Part shown: piece by piece, positions 8,223-16,000 of the stretch | Layout: the number at the start of each line of letters is the position of its first letter | How positions within the stretch are numbered: the stretch's first letter is position 1 | The notes under the pieces: generated by a model | The model's database searches: none | Told to the model about the DNA's origin: nothing | The model's input: the letters and a program-made list of their open reading frames with translations, nothing else | NCBI RefSeq assembly: GCF_003284585.1 | Contig: NZ_QKRX01000012.1 | Span: 18,003-34,002 of the forward strand | Origin: Nitrincola tibetensis | GTDB lineage: Bacteria > Pseudomonadota > Gammaproteobacteria > Pseudomonadales > Balneatricaceae | DNA length: 16,000 nucleotides | Direction of reading: 5' to 3' | Translations under genes and position numbers: made by a program

Positions 8223-8841
8223 CCTGACTAAAATGACGACATCCCAAAAAACCACGATGCGCAGATAAAGGCGATGGATGAGGCGATTTAAGCACCAGGT
8301 GCTTATTTAAGTTGATCACACTTCCCTTTTTTTGCGCGTAACTCCCCCACAGCATAAAAACGACGTTTTCACATTGTTCGTTCACCAATTCGATAATACG
8401 ATCAGTAAAAGCCTCCCATCCTTGTCCCTGATGAGCATTTGCTTTGCTGTGTTCGACGGTTAACACACTGTTGAGCAGCAGCACTCCCTGCTCTGCCCAA
8501 GTGTCTAGATAACCATGCGAAACAGGCCTAACGCCCAAATCCGCTTGCAGTTCTTTGTAGATATTTTGCAATGACGGTGGAACTCTTACCCCAGGCCGAA
8601 CCGAAAAACACAACCCATGTGCTTGCCCAGGTTGGTGATAAGGGTCTTGACCCAGAATAACAACCTTAACTCGAGACAAAGGAGTGACTTCCAATGCGTG
8701 AAACCACTCATTGGAAGGTGGAAAAATCACCTTATGGGCATCTTTTTCAGACCGCAAAAACTGCTTTAGTGTCTGCATATAAGGCTTTTGAAGCTCATCG
8801 TCTAAATAGACTTTCCACTCAGGTGCTTTTTCCAGTGCCAT
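8158..8841 (-). CDS. ung: Uracil-DNA glycosylase (family 1)
   Basis: Start placed at ATG 8841 ([13 protein letters not shown]...), giving 227 aa. Motifs GQDPYH, HGLCFSV and the C-terminal [11 protein letters not shown]. The longer ORF to 8931 would overlap lysS and is rejected. GGAG lies 11 nt upstream, inside the end of lysS. Confidence 0.95.
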   Translation of the reverse strand: MALEKAPEWKVYLDDELQKPYMQTLKQFLRSEKDAHKVIFPPSNEWFHALEVTPLSRVKVVILGQDPYHQPGQAHGLCFSVRPGVRVPPSLQNIYKELQADLGVRPVSHGYLDTWAEQGVLLLNSVLTVEHSKANAHQGQGWEAFTDRIIELVNEQCENVVFMLWGSYAQKKGSVINLNKHLVLKSPHPSPLSAHRGFLGCRHFSQANLYLEQHHQMPINWQLPDSV

Positions 8842-8845
8842 ACGA

Positions 8846-10345
8846 TTATTGACTCCGAGGACGCATCGCAGGAAAGAGAACAACATCTCTGATCGATGGT
8901 GAATCGGTAAACAGCATGACCAAACGGTCAATGCCTATCCCTTCACCCGCTGTTGGTGGAAGGCCATACTCTAGGGCATTGATGTAATCTGCATCGTAAT
9001 GCATCGCCTCATCATCACCCGCGTCCTTTTCTTCAACTTGACGACGGAAACGTTCTGCCTGATCTTCTGAGTCATTCAACTCGGAAAAACCATTAGCAAG
9101 TTCACGTCCACCCACAAAAAACTCAAAGCGATCTGTCACATGGGGATTATCATCGTTTAGACGCGCTAAAGGGCTGACCTCGGTTGGGTATTCTGTAATA
9201 AACGTCGGCTGATCTAAATGATGCTCAACTGTTTTATCAAAAATTTCCATTTGCACACGGCCCAACCCCCAATTATCCATGAGGTTAACGCCTAAACGTT
9301 CAGCAATTTGGCGTGAAGCATGCAAATCAGACAAAGCTTCTGGCGCTATATCAGGATTGTAATGAAGGATAGAATCAAACACACTGATGCGACGGAAAGG
9401 TTTAGAAAGATCGTATTCAAAACGCTCCAGCACTTCACCGTCTTCGTTACGAACTGTATTCACAATAGTCGTAGTGCCCAGAATATCCTGAGCCAAGGTG
9501 CGCAACATGTCTTCAGTGAGATCCATGAGATCATGATAATCAGCATAGGCCTGATAAAACTCAATCATGGTGAACTCTGGATTATGACGCGTCGATAGCC
9601 CTTCATTGCGAAAGTTTCGATTAATCTCGAACACACGCTCGAAACCGCCCACCACCAAGCGTTTCAAATAAAGCTCTGGAGCAATACGCAAATACATTTC
9701 CAAATCCAAGGCATTGTGATGCGTCACAAATGGCTTGGCTGTAGCCCCACCCGGTATGCCATGCAGCATCGGGGTTTCGGCTTCAATAAAGCGACGATTA
9801 ATCAGGTACTGACGAATGCCTGCTACAATTTTAGAACGCGTTTCAAAAACCTTGCGCGACGAATCATTGGTAATTAAATCAACATAACGCTGACGGTAAC
9901 GCATTTCGGTGTCTTGCAGACCTTTGTGCTTTTCCGGCAATGGACGTAAGCTTTTAGTCAGCAACTGAAACTCTGCCATATCAACGTAAAGGTCGCCCTT
10001 ACCCGACTTATGCAAAATTCCCTTAACACCTACAATATCACCTAAATCCAAGGATTTAGCGAAGGTTCTCGCCTCTTTATTGACATACAACTGGATGCGA
10101 CCTGTCATGTCTTTAAGCACTATAAAAGCGCCACGATTTAACATGATCCGTCCTGCAACAGCCACGGTTATGGCCGCCTCTTCAAGCTCTTCCTTGGTTT
10201 TAGCACCATATGCCACTTGCAAGTCGTCGGCATAGCTGTCACGACGAAACGTATTTGGAAAAGCATTGCCCTGCTGGCGAAGCGCGGTTAGTTTCTCGCG
10301 GCGCTCGGCTATGAGGCGGTTATCATCTTGTGTAACTTCAGACAT
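8846..10345 (-). CDS. lysS: Lysyl-tRNA synthetase, class II
   Basis: 499 aa, collinear with E. coli LysS. OB-fold N-terminus ([28 protein letters not shown]) and class II motifs ([38 protein letters not shown]). Sits immediately downstream of prfB, as in the conserved prfB-lysS operon. Confidence 0.97.
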   Translation of the reverse strand: MSEVTQDDNRLIAERREKLTALRQQGNAFPNTFRRDSYADDLQVAYGAKTKEELEEAAITVAVAGRIMLNRGAFIVLKDMTGRIQLYVNKEARTFAKSLDLGDIVGVKGILHKSGKGDLYVDMAEFQLLTKSLRPLPEKHKGLQDTEMRYRQRYVDLITNDSSRKVFETRSKIVAGIRQYLINRRFIEAETPMLHGIPGGATAKPFVTHHNALDLEMYLRIAPELYLKRLVVGGFERVFEINRNFRNEGLSTRHNPEFTMIEFYQAYADYHDLMDLTEDMLRTLAQDILGTTTIVNTVRNEDGEVLERFEYDLSKPFRRISVFDSILHYNPDIAPEALSDLHASRQIAERLGVNLMDNWGLGRVQMEIFDKTVEHHLDQPTFITEYPTEVSPLARLNDDNPHVTDRFEFFVGGRELANGFSELNDSEDQAERFRRQVEEKDAGDDEAMHYDADYINALEYGLPPTAGEGIGIDRLVMLFTDSPSIRDVVLFPAMRPRSQ

Positions 10346-10379
10346 GAAGTAATTACCCTAACTATCAAAAAAAATTCAA

Positions 10380-11474
10380 TCAAAGACCGGCTTTCAAGCT
10401 GGCCACTATGAACAAATCAAGCTCACCATCCAAAACGCGGTCACAGTTCGAGGTTTGCACATTGGTTCGCAAATCTTTGATGCGCTGATCATCTAACACA
10501 TACGAGCGTATCTGACTGCCCCAACCAATATCGGCTTTCGAGTCTTCTAGCTCTTGTGCGGCGGCATTACGCTTTAACATTTCCATTTCATAGAGTTTAG
10601 AGCGTAACTGCTTCATACAAACATCACGGTTTTGATGCTGTGACCGAGCTGACTGACTTTGAACCACGATCCCCGAAGGTTCGTGTGTGATTCGCACAGC
10701 GGATTCGGTTCGGTTAACGTGCTGACCACCCGCACCAGAAGCACGGTAGACATCGACTCGAAGATCAGCAGGATTAATTTCTATCTCGATATTGTCATCT
10801 ATTTCCGGAGAGACAAATACAGACGCAAAAGACGTGTGGCGACGACCACCTGAGTCAAAAGGCGATTTACGAACAAGGCGATGCACGCCTGTTTCCGTTC
10901 TTAACCAACCAAATGCGTACTCACCTTCAAAGCGAATGGTGGCACTTTTGATTCCAGCGACATCACCATCTGACACTTCGATTAATTCGGTTTTAAACCC
11001 CTTATCCTCACCCCAACGCAAATACATGCGCAACATCATATTAGCCCAATCCTGAGCTTCTGTTCCACCCGACCCTGACTGGATATCCAAGAATGCATTA
11101 TTTGCATCAGCCTCACCTGAGAACATCCGGCGAAACTCCAGATCTGCTAGCTGCACTCCTAGTGCGTCGACATCGGCAAGCACTTCCGCCAGGATTTCCT
11201 CATCCTTTTCTTCATAGGCTAAATCCAGCAAATCACGCGTGTCGGCAATGCCCGAAGACAGTTGATCAAGCGTTTGAACAGTATGACTTAGTGACGTGCG
11301 CTCACGACCTAGTTGCTGTGCATTTTCTGGTTGGCTCCACACTTCGGGGTTTTCGAGCTCTCGCTCAACCTCCTCCAGACGCTCTTTTTTTGCATCATAG
11401 TCAAGATAACGCCGTAGGGTAGCTGTGCGCTCAGCGTAATCTTTGAGGTTATTCAGAATAGGGTTTATTTCCAT
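10380..11474 (-). CDS. prfB: Peptide chain release factor 2, encoded in a single frame (no programmed frameshift)
   Basis: Start at ATG 11474 ([10 protein letters not shown]...), 364 aa. SPF tripeptide ([15 protein letters not shown]) and GGQ (SGAGGQHVN). The region equivalent to the E. coli CUU UGA C shift site reads TAT CTT GAC TAT in frame. The 57-codon upstream extension in the ORF track is rejected. Confidence 0.95.
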   Translation of the reverse strand: MEINPILNNLKDYAERTATLRRYLDYDAKKERLEEVERELENPEVWSQPENAQQLGRERTSLSHTVQTLDQLSSGIADTRDLLDLAYEEKDEEILAEVLADVDALGVQLADLEFRRMFSGEADANNAFLDIQSGSGGTEAQDWANMMLRMYLRWGEDKGFKTELIEVSDGDVAGIKSATIRFEGEYAFGWLRTETGVHRLVRKSPFDSGGRRHTSFASVFVSPEIDDNIEIEINPADLRVDVYRASGAGGQHVNRTESAVRITHEPSGIVVQSQSARSQHQNRDVCMKQLRSKLYEMEMLKRNAAAQELEDSKADIGWGSQIRSYVLDDQRIKDLRTNVQTSNCDRVLDGELDLFIVASLKAGL

Positions 11475-11540
11475 GATAGAACTTACGGACTCAGGGTTCA
11501 AATAAAGCCCATAGTTTACCTGAAATGGATCAATCTTTGA

Positions 11541-11546
11541 ATTATA
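11541..11546 (-). promoter_or_regulatory. Possible -10 element for prfB-lysS-ung
   Basis: Perfect TATAAT on the minus strand, 67 nt upstream of the prfB ATG and just downstream of the cytochrome c' terminator. No convincing -35. Confidence 0.25.
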
Positions 11547-11559
11547 GAAGAGAGGCACA

Positions 11560-11601
11560 ACAGAAAATCTGGCAGGAAATATCAACAAATTCCGGCCAGA
11601 T
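11560..11601 (-). terminator. Rho-independent terminator after the cytochrome c' gene
   Basis: The minus strand reads ATCTGGCCGGAA-tttgttgatat-TTCCTGCCAGAT followed by TTTTCTGTT. This is a 12-bp stem with one mismatch, starting 14 nt after the stop codon. Confidence 0.7.
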
Positions 11602-11614
11602 CCTAGCAGAAGTC

Positions 11615-12055
11615 TTACTGTCTTTCGCGGAAGTTGTCGTGACAAGCTCGACAGGTCTGACCAAGCTGACCCACCGCAGGGCGCAACGCTTGCAATTCAC
11701 CTTTCTCAGCTGCGGCCACTAGTTCAGCTGCATGCTCCTGAAAACGCTCCATACCAGCAGAAAACTGCTCGAAATTACTCCAAATTTCAGGTTTGGCTCC
11801 ACCACCCTCTGTACCTTCACCAAATCCTTCAAGCGGCATATGACTTAAAGCCGATACCTGACGCGCATGATGCAAAGCGGCATCAGCATCAAAGGCTTGA
11901 TCACCACGAGCCATGGCACCCAGTGGATCCATGTGCCACTTCACCGCTTTGTAAATGGACTGGCGATACTCGATTGATGCATCGGCATCAGCCATAACAT
12001 GACCCGCCGACACAAAAGCCACCGAAGCCAAAATCGACATTGCAAGCTTTTTCAT
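11615..12055 (-). CDS. cycP: Cytochrome c' (class II c-type cytochrome, periplasmic)
   Basis: Signal peptide [48 protein letters not shown] and the C-terminal heme site CRACHDNFR closely parallel known cytochromes c'. Start set at ATG 12055 (AAGGA 7 nt upstream) rather than 12073. Confidence 0.9.
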   Translation of the reverse strand: MKKLAMSILASVAFVSAGHVMADADASIEYRQSIYKAVKWHMDPLGAMARGDQAFDADAALHHARQVSALSHMPLEGFGEGTEGGGAKPEIWSNFEQFSAGMERFQEHAAELVAAAEKGELQALRPAVGQLGQTCRACHDNFRERQ

Positions 12056-12117
12056 ATTAATATCCTTTTTCATTTTCAGGTTAAACCAATATCAGCTCAT
12101 ACTGATATAGACTTAGT

Positions 12118-12648
12118 TTAGATCTTTTCGAATGCTTTGCATACCTCATCTAGCCACACAGAGACACGCTCTGCTGTCTCAGCATGCTGGCCGTCTTCAT
12201 CCAGCGCCAACCCAACAAAATGTGTCCCATCGGCATTTAGTGCTTTTGAGGCTTCAAAGCTATAACCTTCGACAGACCAAGGCGCGACGAGTTCACCTCC
12301 CTGCGCCAACAAAACCTCGGCTAGCAACCCCATTGCATCGACAAACCACTCTCCATAGCCAATTTGATCGCCCAAGCCAAAGAGCGCAATGCGTTTGCCA
12401 GCAAAAGACGTGGCTTGCAAAGCTTCCCAATGCTCAGCCCAATCTTCTTGCAACTCGCCAAAATCCCACGTTGGAATACCTAAAATAAGATAACGATAGC
12501 CTTCAAGAGCCGAAATACCCTCATGAGCAATGTCATGCAAATGCGCACTATCACCTAAATGTTCAGCGATTAAATTCGCAACATCTTCGGTATTGCCCGT
12601 TGTCGATGCATAAAAAATACCAATATCCACGTTGCAATGCTTTTCCAT
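12118..12648 (-). CDS. fldA: Long-chain flavodoxin
   Basis: 176 aa. FMN phosphate loop IGIFYASTTGNTEDVA, then ILGIPTWDFGELQEDW and HFVGLALDEDGQHAETAERV, collinear with E. coli FldA. I cannot assign FldA versus FldB/IsiB from sequence alone. Confidence 0.9.
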   Translation of the reverse strand: MEKHCNVDIGIFYASTTGNTEDVANLIAEHLGDSAHLHDIAHEGISALEGYRYLILGIPTWDFGELQEDWAEHWEALQATSFAGKRIALFGLGDQIGYGEWFVDAMGLLAEVLLAQGGELVAPWSVEGYSFEASKALNADGTHFVGLALDEDGQHAETAERVSVWLDEVCKAFEKI

Positions 12649-12977
12649 TACTTGGATTGAGTGAAACGAGTCAGCGAACCCGTCGCCAGTTTTTCGACTG
12701 CCGCACGAGCATCTTGCATGGCTTTAAGGTTTTGTGCATTTGCAGACCTCAGTGTTTTCTCCAGCTCTTTCACATAAACCTGTTGCAACTCCAATAACTC
12801 TGCTGGCGTTTTGCATTTTTGAATCGCTTGCGTTTGCTGCATTGTTGCTTCTAGAAACGCCTTTGTACATTCCATTTGATGGCGGCTTAACTCTTCAAAC
12901 ATCTGAGTTTGAATGGAAACGAGATCTTTGAAAGGCCCCATCGACTCATTCATCATTTTTGTCATATCCTGAAACAT
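12648..12977 (-). CDS. Phasin-family-like small helical protein
   Basis: Start at ATG 12977 (AGGAG 7 nt upstream), 109 aa. An all-helical heptad-like sequence with ...KTPAELLELQQVYVKELEKTL... resembles the Phasin_2 pattern. The stop TAA overlaps the flavodoxin ATG (TAATG at 12646-12650). Confidence 0.55.
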   Translation of the reverse strand: MFQDMTKMMNESMGPFKDLVSIQTQMFEELSRHQMECTKAFLEATMQQTQAIQKCKTPAELLELQQVYVKELEKTLRSANAQNLKAMQDARAAVEKLATGSLTRFTQSK

Positions 12978-13100
12978 ATCATATCTCCTGCAATCAAATA
13001 TAATTCGGTGTATCTTATACACTCTTTAATTATCGGTGAATTATTCTTTCTGGCAAGCTTCATTAGAACTCTCTTGCCTAATTTTGTTAGAGGCCACTTT

Positions 13101-13493
13101 ATGAGACTGTTACACACTATGCTCCGCGTCGGCAACCTAGAAAAGTCACTGGACTTCTACACCAATGTATTGGGTATGTCCCTTCATCGACAAAAAGATT
13201 ACCCCGAGGGCCGCTTTACTCTAGCATTTGTTGGCTATGGTGAAGAGTCTAAACACTCGGCCATTGAGCTCACCCATAATTGGGACACAGACGCCTATGA
13301 ACTGGGCACAGGTTTTGGGCATATTGCGATTGAGGTCGAAGATGTTTATGCCGCTTGTGAGCGCATCAAAGAAAAAGGTGGTGAAGTGGTCAGAGAAGCT
13401 GGCCCAATGAAGCATGGCAACAGCATCCTTGCATTCGTCCGTGACCCAGACGGTTATATGATCGAGCTTTTGAGCCCTAAACGCCAAGATTAG
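13101..13493 (+). CDS. gloA: Lactoylglutathione lyase (glyoxalase I)
   Basis: 130 aa. MRLLHTMLRVGNLEKSLDFYTNVLGM...GHIAIEVEDV...DPDGYMIELL is nearly collinear with E. coli GloA. Start at ATG 13101. The listed start at 12909 overlaps the divergent gene and is rejected. Confidence 0.95.
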   Translation: MRLLHTMLRVGNLEKSLDFYTNVLGMSLHRQKDYPEGRFTLAFVGYGEESKHSAIELTHNWDTDAYELGTGFGHIAIEVEDVYAACERIKEKGGEVVREAGPMKHGNSILAFVRDPDGYMIELLSPKRQD

Positions 13494-13500
13494 ACTTGAG

Positions 13501-13538
13501 AACCTCCTTATAGCGGATGTCGACAGGAGGTTTTTTTT
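13501..13538 (+). terminator. Rho-independent terminator of gloA
   Basis: AACCTCCT (13501-13508), 16-nt loop, AGGAGGTT (13525-13532), running into a T8 tract (13531-13538). Confidence 0.75.
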
Positions 13539-13684
13539 GGTACTATTCACTCATTAAAATAATCAAAACCAAGCGAAGCCCATTGGACTTTGCTTACTTG
13601 TATTGGCTGCTCAATTCGACCTGCATACAACACAGATGCAGGCAAACTAAATTTGACTCGATCCTATCGAGAGGTATGCGTTTA

Positions 13685-14482
13685 ATGAAAAGATCTACTC
13701 TCATGGCAGCAGCAGGCCTCCTGTTTACACTTCAGTTCAGCCCCGTTTCTGCAAACGACATTAAATCCGCTCAAGAAGCCATTGCGTCGCAAAATTACTC
13801 CGCCGCGCTGAATATCCTCCAACCCCTGACACGAGATGGTAATCTCGATGCCGCAAACCTGTTAGGGCAAATATTCGAGAATGGCTGGGGTGTAGAGGAA
13901 GACGCCACTGAAGCGGAACGACTCTACAGTATCGGCGCGAACCAAGGCCACCTAGACAGCGTGACACATTTGCGCGCATTGAAAAACAAAGCCTATGCGG
14001 TGGAGTTTAAACGCCTAACCCCTCTCGCTGATGCAGGCAATGCAGAGGCACAAAACACTTTGGGCGAAATGTATGAATTTGGCAAAGGCGTTGAACGTAA
14101 CACAGAGGAAGCCTATCGCTACTACAGCTTAGCTGCAGATCAAGACCTAGTCGCGGCTTGGCATAACTTGGGGCGCTGCTACAATTTTGGAACAGGTGTT
14201 GAGCAAAACTATGAAACTGCCGAGCAATGGTACAGGCAAGCCGCTGAAAGAGGACATACGCCGTCTCTTTTCTTTTTAGGCACACTCTATGCCACTGATC
14301 ATGGTACTGACGATGCTCACAGCAGTGATATTATCGCGTTTGCTTGGCTGAAAAACGCAGCCGACCTAGGTGACAAAACAGCTCAACCGATTGCGCAGCG
14401 TTTGCTAATGAAGCTAAACGACACAGAAGTCGAAACAGCCAAGCAACTGGCAGAAACCTACAAAGCTCGATATATCAACTAA
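13685..14482 (+). CDS. Secreted Sel1-repeat (SLR/TPR-like) protein
   Basis: Signal peptide MKRSTLMAAAGLLFTLQFSPVSA|ND. At least four Sel1 repeats (LLGQIFENGWGVEEDATEAERLY, LGEMYEFGKGVERNTEEAYRYY, LGRCYNFGTGVEQNYETAEQWY, FLGTLYATDHG...). The start could be ATG 13676 or 13685; the latter has GAGG 10 nt upstream. Confidence 0.85.
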   Translation: MKRSTLMAAAGLLFTLQFSPVSANDIKSAQEAIASQNYSAALNILQPLTRDGNLDAANLLGQIFENGWGVEEDATEAERLYSIGANQGHLDSVTHLRALKNKAYAVEFKRLTPLADAGNAEAQNTLGEMYEFGKGVERNTEEAYRYYSLAADQDLVAAWHNLGRCYNFGTGVEQNYETAEQWYRQAAERGHTPSLFFLGTLYATDHGTDDAHSSDIIAFAWLKNAADLGDKTAQPIAQRLLMKLNDTEVETAKQLAETYKARYIN

Positions 14483-14490
14483 CCTATCAA

Positions 14491-14528
14491 CCGACATGCC
14501 TTCGCATTAAAAGAGCTGGGCATGTCGG
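14491..14528 (+). terminator. Strong hairpin after the Sel1 gene (possible terminator; weak U-tract)
   Basis: CCGACATGCC (14491-14500), 18-nt loop, GGCATGTCGG (14519-14528), a perfect 10-bp stem. It is followed by TTGAAGTTTGG, which is only moderately T-rich. Confidence 0.4.
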
Positions 14529-14549
14529 TTGAAGTTTGGAACAGACTGT

Positions 14550-15023
14550 ATGCTACTCAATTCCCAGCGGCCATTTCGGGGACCGCAATCAGACATGCGT
14601 CCAGCAAGTCTAGCTAAACGCCTTTTGGCTATGCTCTATGATTTCATGATTATTGTCGCGATATGGATGATCACAGGCTTCGCTGCTGTTGGTCTTAACG
14701 ATGGCGAAGCGGTTGAGGGCCCAGCTCTCAAAAGCGCATTATTCATCATTACCTTTTTGTTTTTCGGTTTCTTTTGGACTCGAAATGGACAAACGCTAGG
14801 CATGCAAGCTTGGAGGATTCGAGTACAGTCTCTTGGTGGCTATAAGCTCACATGGACTCAATCTCTCTTGCGTTTCTTCTTAGCCGCTCTATCAATACTC
14901 TGCTTTGGCTTAGGCTATATTTGGATGTTATTCAATGACGAGAAGCTGACATGGCATGATAAGCTTTCCGAGAGCTGTGTTGTTCAGCTACCTAAAATTA
15001 TTGACACAAAAGACGCCTCTTGA
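14550..15023 (+). CDS. RDD-family integral membrane protein
   Basis: LAKRLLAMLYDFMIIVAIW...GQTLGMQAWRIRV...TWHDKLSESCVV fits the RDD-domain pattern (R...D...D with 3 TM segments). The position next to lptG is common in gammaproteobacteria. Start at ATG 14550 or ATG 14595. The TTG at 14529 lies immediately 3' of the hairpin (14491-14528) and is unlikely. Confidence 0.8.
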   Translation: MLLNSQRPFRGPQSDMRPASLAKRLLAMLYDFMIIVAIWMITGFAAVGLNDGEAVEGPALKSALFIITFLFFGFFWTRNGQTLGMQAWRIRVQSLGGYKLTWTQSLLRFFLAALSILCFGLGYIWMLFNDEKLTWHDKLSESCVVQLPKIIDTKDAS

Positions 15024-15029
15024 ATACCC

Positions 15030-15059
15030 AAAAAGAGCAGGTATCAACCTGCTCTTTTT
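15030..15059. terminator. Bidirectional terminator between the convergent RDD gene and lptG
   Basis: AAAAAGAGCAGG-tatcaa-CCTGCTCTTTTT, a perfect 12-bp stem with A/T runs on both sides. The lptG stop codon (15044-15046) sits in the loop, and its last seven codons (LLLKRAG) are encoded by the right arm and adjacent bases. Confidence 0.8.
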
Positions 15060-16000
15060 AAGAGTAACGATCCCACCATGACACTAATCAATATCGGCAG
15101 GAGGGTTGCGAATAATGGCGGAAAGCCAAATACGCTACTGGCAGGCCCCAGTAAATCTTGCCCAAACTTAAACACCAGGCCTATCACAACCCCTGTAATG
15201 ATTCTTTGCCCAACCGACACACTTCGCAAAGGCCCGAAGATAAAGGAAACTCCAATCAACACCAATGCCCCAATTGACAAAGGTTGTAACAACTTTGCCC
15301 AGAAAGCCAATTGATAGGTATCCGCTTTCACACCTTGAGCTTCTAGATATGTCGAATATTCATATAAACCGGTTATGGATAAGTCTCCTGGTTCCACAAC
15401 CACTACGGCCAGAAGCTCAGGTGTTAAACCACTATCCCATCGCTCTTGCAGTCGTGATTCAGACCGAACCTCATTTTCAGATAAAAATGAATGCTCTATT
15501 GAACGAAGAAGCCAATAGCCCTGAGGGTCATATTCAGCACTTTGTGCAAAACTGCTTTCACGCAGTTGTTTATTATCATCAAACAAGTAGCGGGTGATGC
15601 CATGTAATTTCTCTCCTGACTCAACGGCATTAATATGAATAAACATACTGCCTTCCTTATGCCAAAGACCCGCGCGTGAAAACACCATGCCACCGCCCGC
15701 CATTGCAACAGCTCTAACGCTTTGAGCACGTTGCTCTGTCATTGGCGCAACATACTGACCCAACAACATACCGCCCAGAGCCAGTAGCGCAACAGGCTTA
15801 AAAACAGCCAAAAGAATTCGAGCCGTTGAAAAGCCTGCGGCCCTCATAACAGTCAGCTCACTGTGAGATGCCAGCAAGCCTAATCCAAGCATAGCACCCA
15901 CCAAACTGCTCATCGGTATAAACTCGTAAACCCGTCGCGGAAAGGTCCAAGCCACATATGACATAGCCCCAGACAGGGTATAAAAGTCATTGAGGTTACT
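15044..16000 (-). CDS. lptG: LPS export ABC transporter permease LptG, 5' end beyond window
   Basis: Collinear with E. coli LptG from about residue 45 onward (FIPMSSLVGAMLGLGLLASHSELTVMRAAGFS..., SFIFGPLRSVSVGQRIITGV). The frame stays open upstream of the listed ATG 15964 to nt 16000 (SNLNDFYTLSGA-MSYVAW), so the true start is outside the window. Confidence 0.9.
   Translation of the reverse strand, partial: SNLNDFYTLSGAMSYVAWTFPRRVYEFIPMSSLVGAMLGLGLLASHSELTVMRAAGFSTARILLAVFKPVALLALGGMLLGQYVAPMTEQRAQSVRAVAMAGGGMVFSRAGLWHKEGSMFIHINAVESGEKLHGITRYLFDDNKQLRESSFAQSAEYDPQGYWLLRSIEHSFLSENEVRSESRLQERWDSGLTPELLAVVVVEPGDLSITGLYEYSTYLEAQGVKADTYQLAFWAKLLQPLSIGALVLIGVSFIFGPLRSVSVGQRIITGVVIGLVFKFGQDLLGPASSVFGFPPLFATLLPILISVMVGSLLLKRAG

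Noticed and set aside
8842-8931. Longer ung ORF starting at 8931
   Set aside because: It overlaps the lysS 3' end by 86 nt in another frame, and its sequence ([16 protein letters not shown]...) has no Ung homology. Ung homology starts at MALEKAPEW (8841).
11498-11512. Tiny upstream ORF ATG GGC TTT ATT TGA (MGFI*) in the prfB leader, ending in the RF2-specific stop UGA, 23 nt before the prfB ATG
   Set aside because: It is tempting as a substitute RF2-sensing device given the missing frameshift. But a 4-codon ORF is expected by chance, its SD (AGGT) is weak, and I have no conservation evidence. Worth a look only if it is conserved in relatives.
11475-11645. 57-codon N-terminal extension of the prfB ORF in the six-frame track
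   Set aside because: Conserved RF2 homology begins exactly at MEINPIL (ATG 11474). The extension runs through the cytochrome c' terminator hairpin and overlaps the 3' end of that gene.
12132-12488. Antisense shadow ORFs of 60-118 aa (for example 12132-12488, 11093-11422, 9320-9598, 15265-15597, 3562-3873, 316-561)
   Set aside because: Each lies entirely within, and opposite to, a confidently identified conserved gene. Their translations are low-complexity and Arg/Ser/Pro/His-rich, as is typical of antisense frames.
13027-13046. AT-rich AATTAT-cggtg-AATTAT repeat upstream of the flavodoxin operon, considered as a Fur box
   Set aside because: The best hand alignment to the 19-bp Fur consensus matched fewer than half the positions, so it is not convincing.
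13051-13066. TGGCA motif considered as a sigma54 -24 element upstream of gloA
   Set aside because: The -12 element is absent (ATTAG instead of TTGC at the required spacing).
12909-13100. 64-codon 5' extension of gloA; likewise 13517-13684 for the Sel1 gene, 6407-6487 for lipoprotein 1, and 4286-4354 for psd
   Set aside because: The extensions run through intergenic or terminator sequence or overlap neighbouring genes. They lack homology, and the internal starts have better RBSs and give canonical N-termini or signal peptides.
13620-13674. Two small hairpins in the Sel1 gene leader: CCTGCAT-9nt-ATGCAGG at 13620-13642, and CTCGAT-cct-ATCGAG at 13657-13671 touching the SD
   Set aside because: The stems are only 6-7 bp, and the second overlaps the SD by just 1-2 nt. 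This fits chance or generic leader structure. No riboswitch-like conserved motif is recognised.
1-16000. Search for a defence island, mobile element, CRISPR array, toxin-antitoxin pair, integrase or phage remnant
   Set aside because: Every substantial ORF is either a recognisable housekeeping gene or one of the few hypotheticals listed. I saw no transposase, integrase or nuclease/ATPase-type defence signatures, no repeat-spacer arrays and no tRNA attachment site. Claiming a novel defence or mobile system here would be unsupported.

Overview
This window looks like an ordinary core-genome stretch of a gammaproteobacterium of about 45% GC, judged from protein similarity and queG-orn-rsgA-psd synteny with E. 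coli. Nearly all of it is coding and most genes are housekeeping. In order: queG (5' partial), orn (-), rsgA, an HDOD/GAF-like protein, psd, ygfZ, a two-gene lipoprotein operon, a small orphan ORF behind a Fur box, ung-lysS-prfB (- strand), cytochrome c', flavodoxin and a phasin-like gene (- strand), gloA, a secreted Sel1-repeat protein, an RDD protein, and lptG (-, 5' end beyond the window). I see no rRNA or tRNA genes, CRISPR array, transposase, integrase, phage genes or recognisable defence system. I therefore cannot claim a clear novel system. The least-explained elements are: (1) a near-consensus Fur box and promoter driving a 105-aa ORF whose N-terminus resembles only region 2 of an ECF sigma factor and whose 3' end runs antisense into ung; (2) a translationally coupled pair of unrecognised outer-membrane lipoproteins; (3) an output-less HDOD + proline-rich linker + GAF-like protein inserted between rsgA and psd; (4) a phasin-like gene overlapping flavodoxin by 1 nt (TAATG), upstream of cytochrome c'; (5) a prfB that lacks the programmed +1 frameshift. 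All domain calls come from reading the translations by eye, with no searches run.
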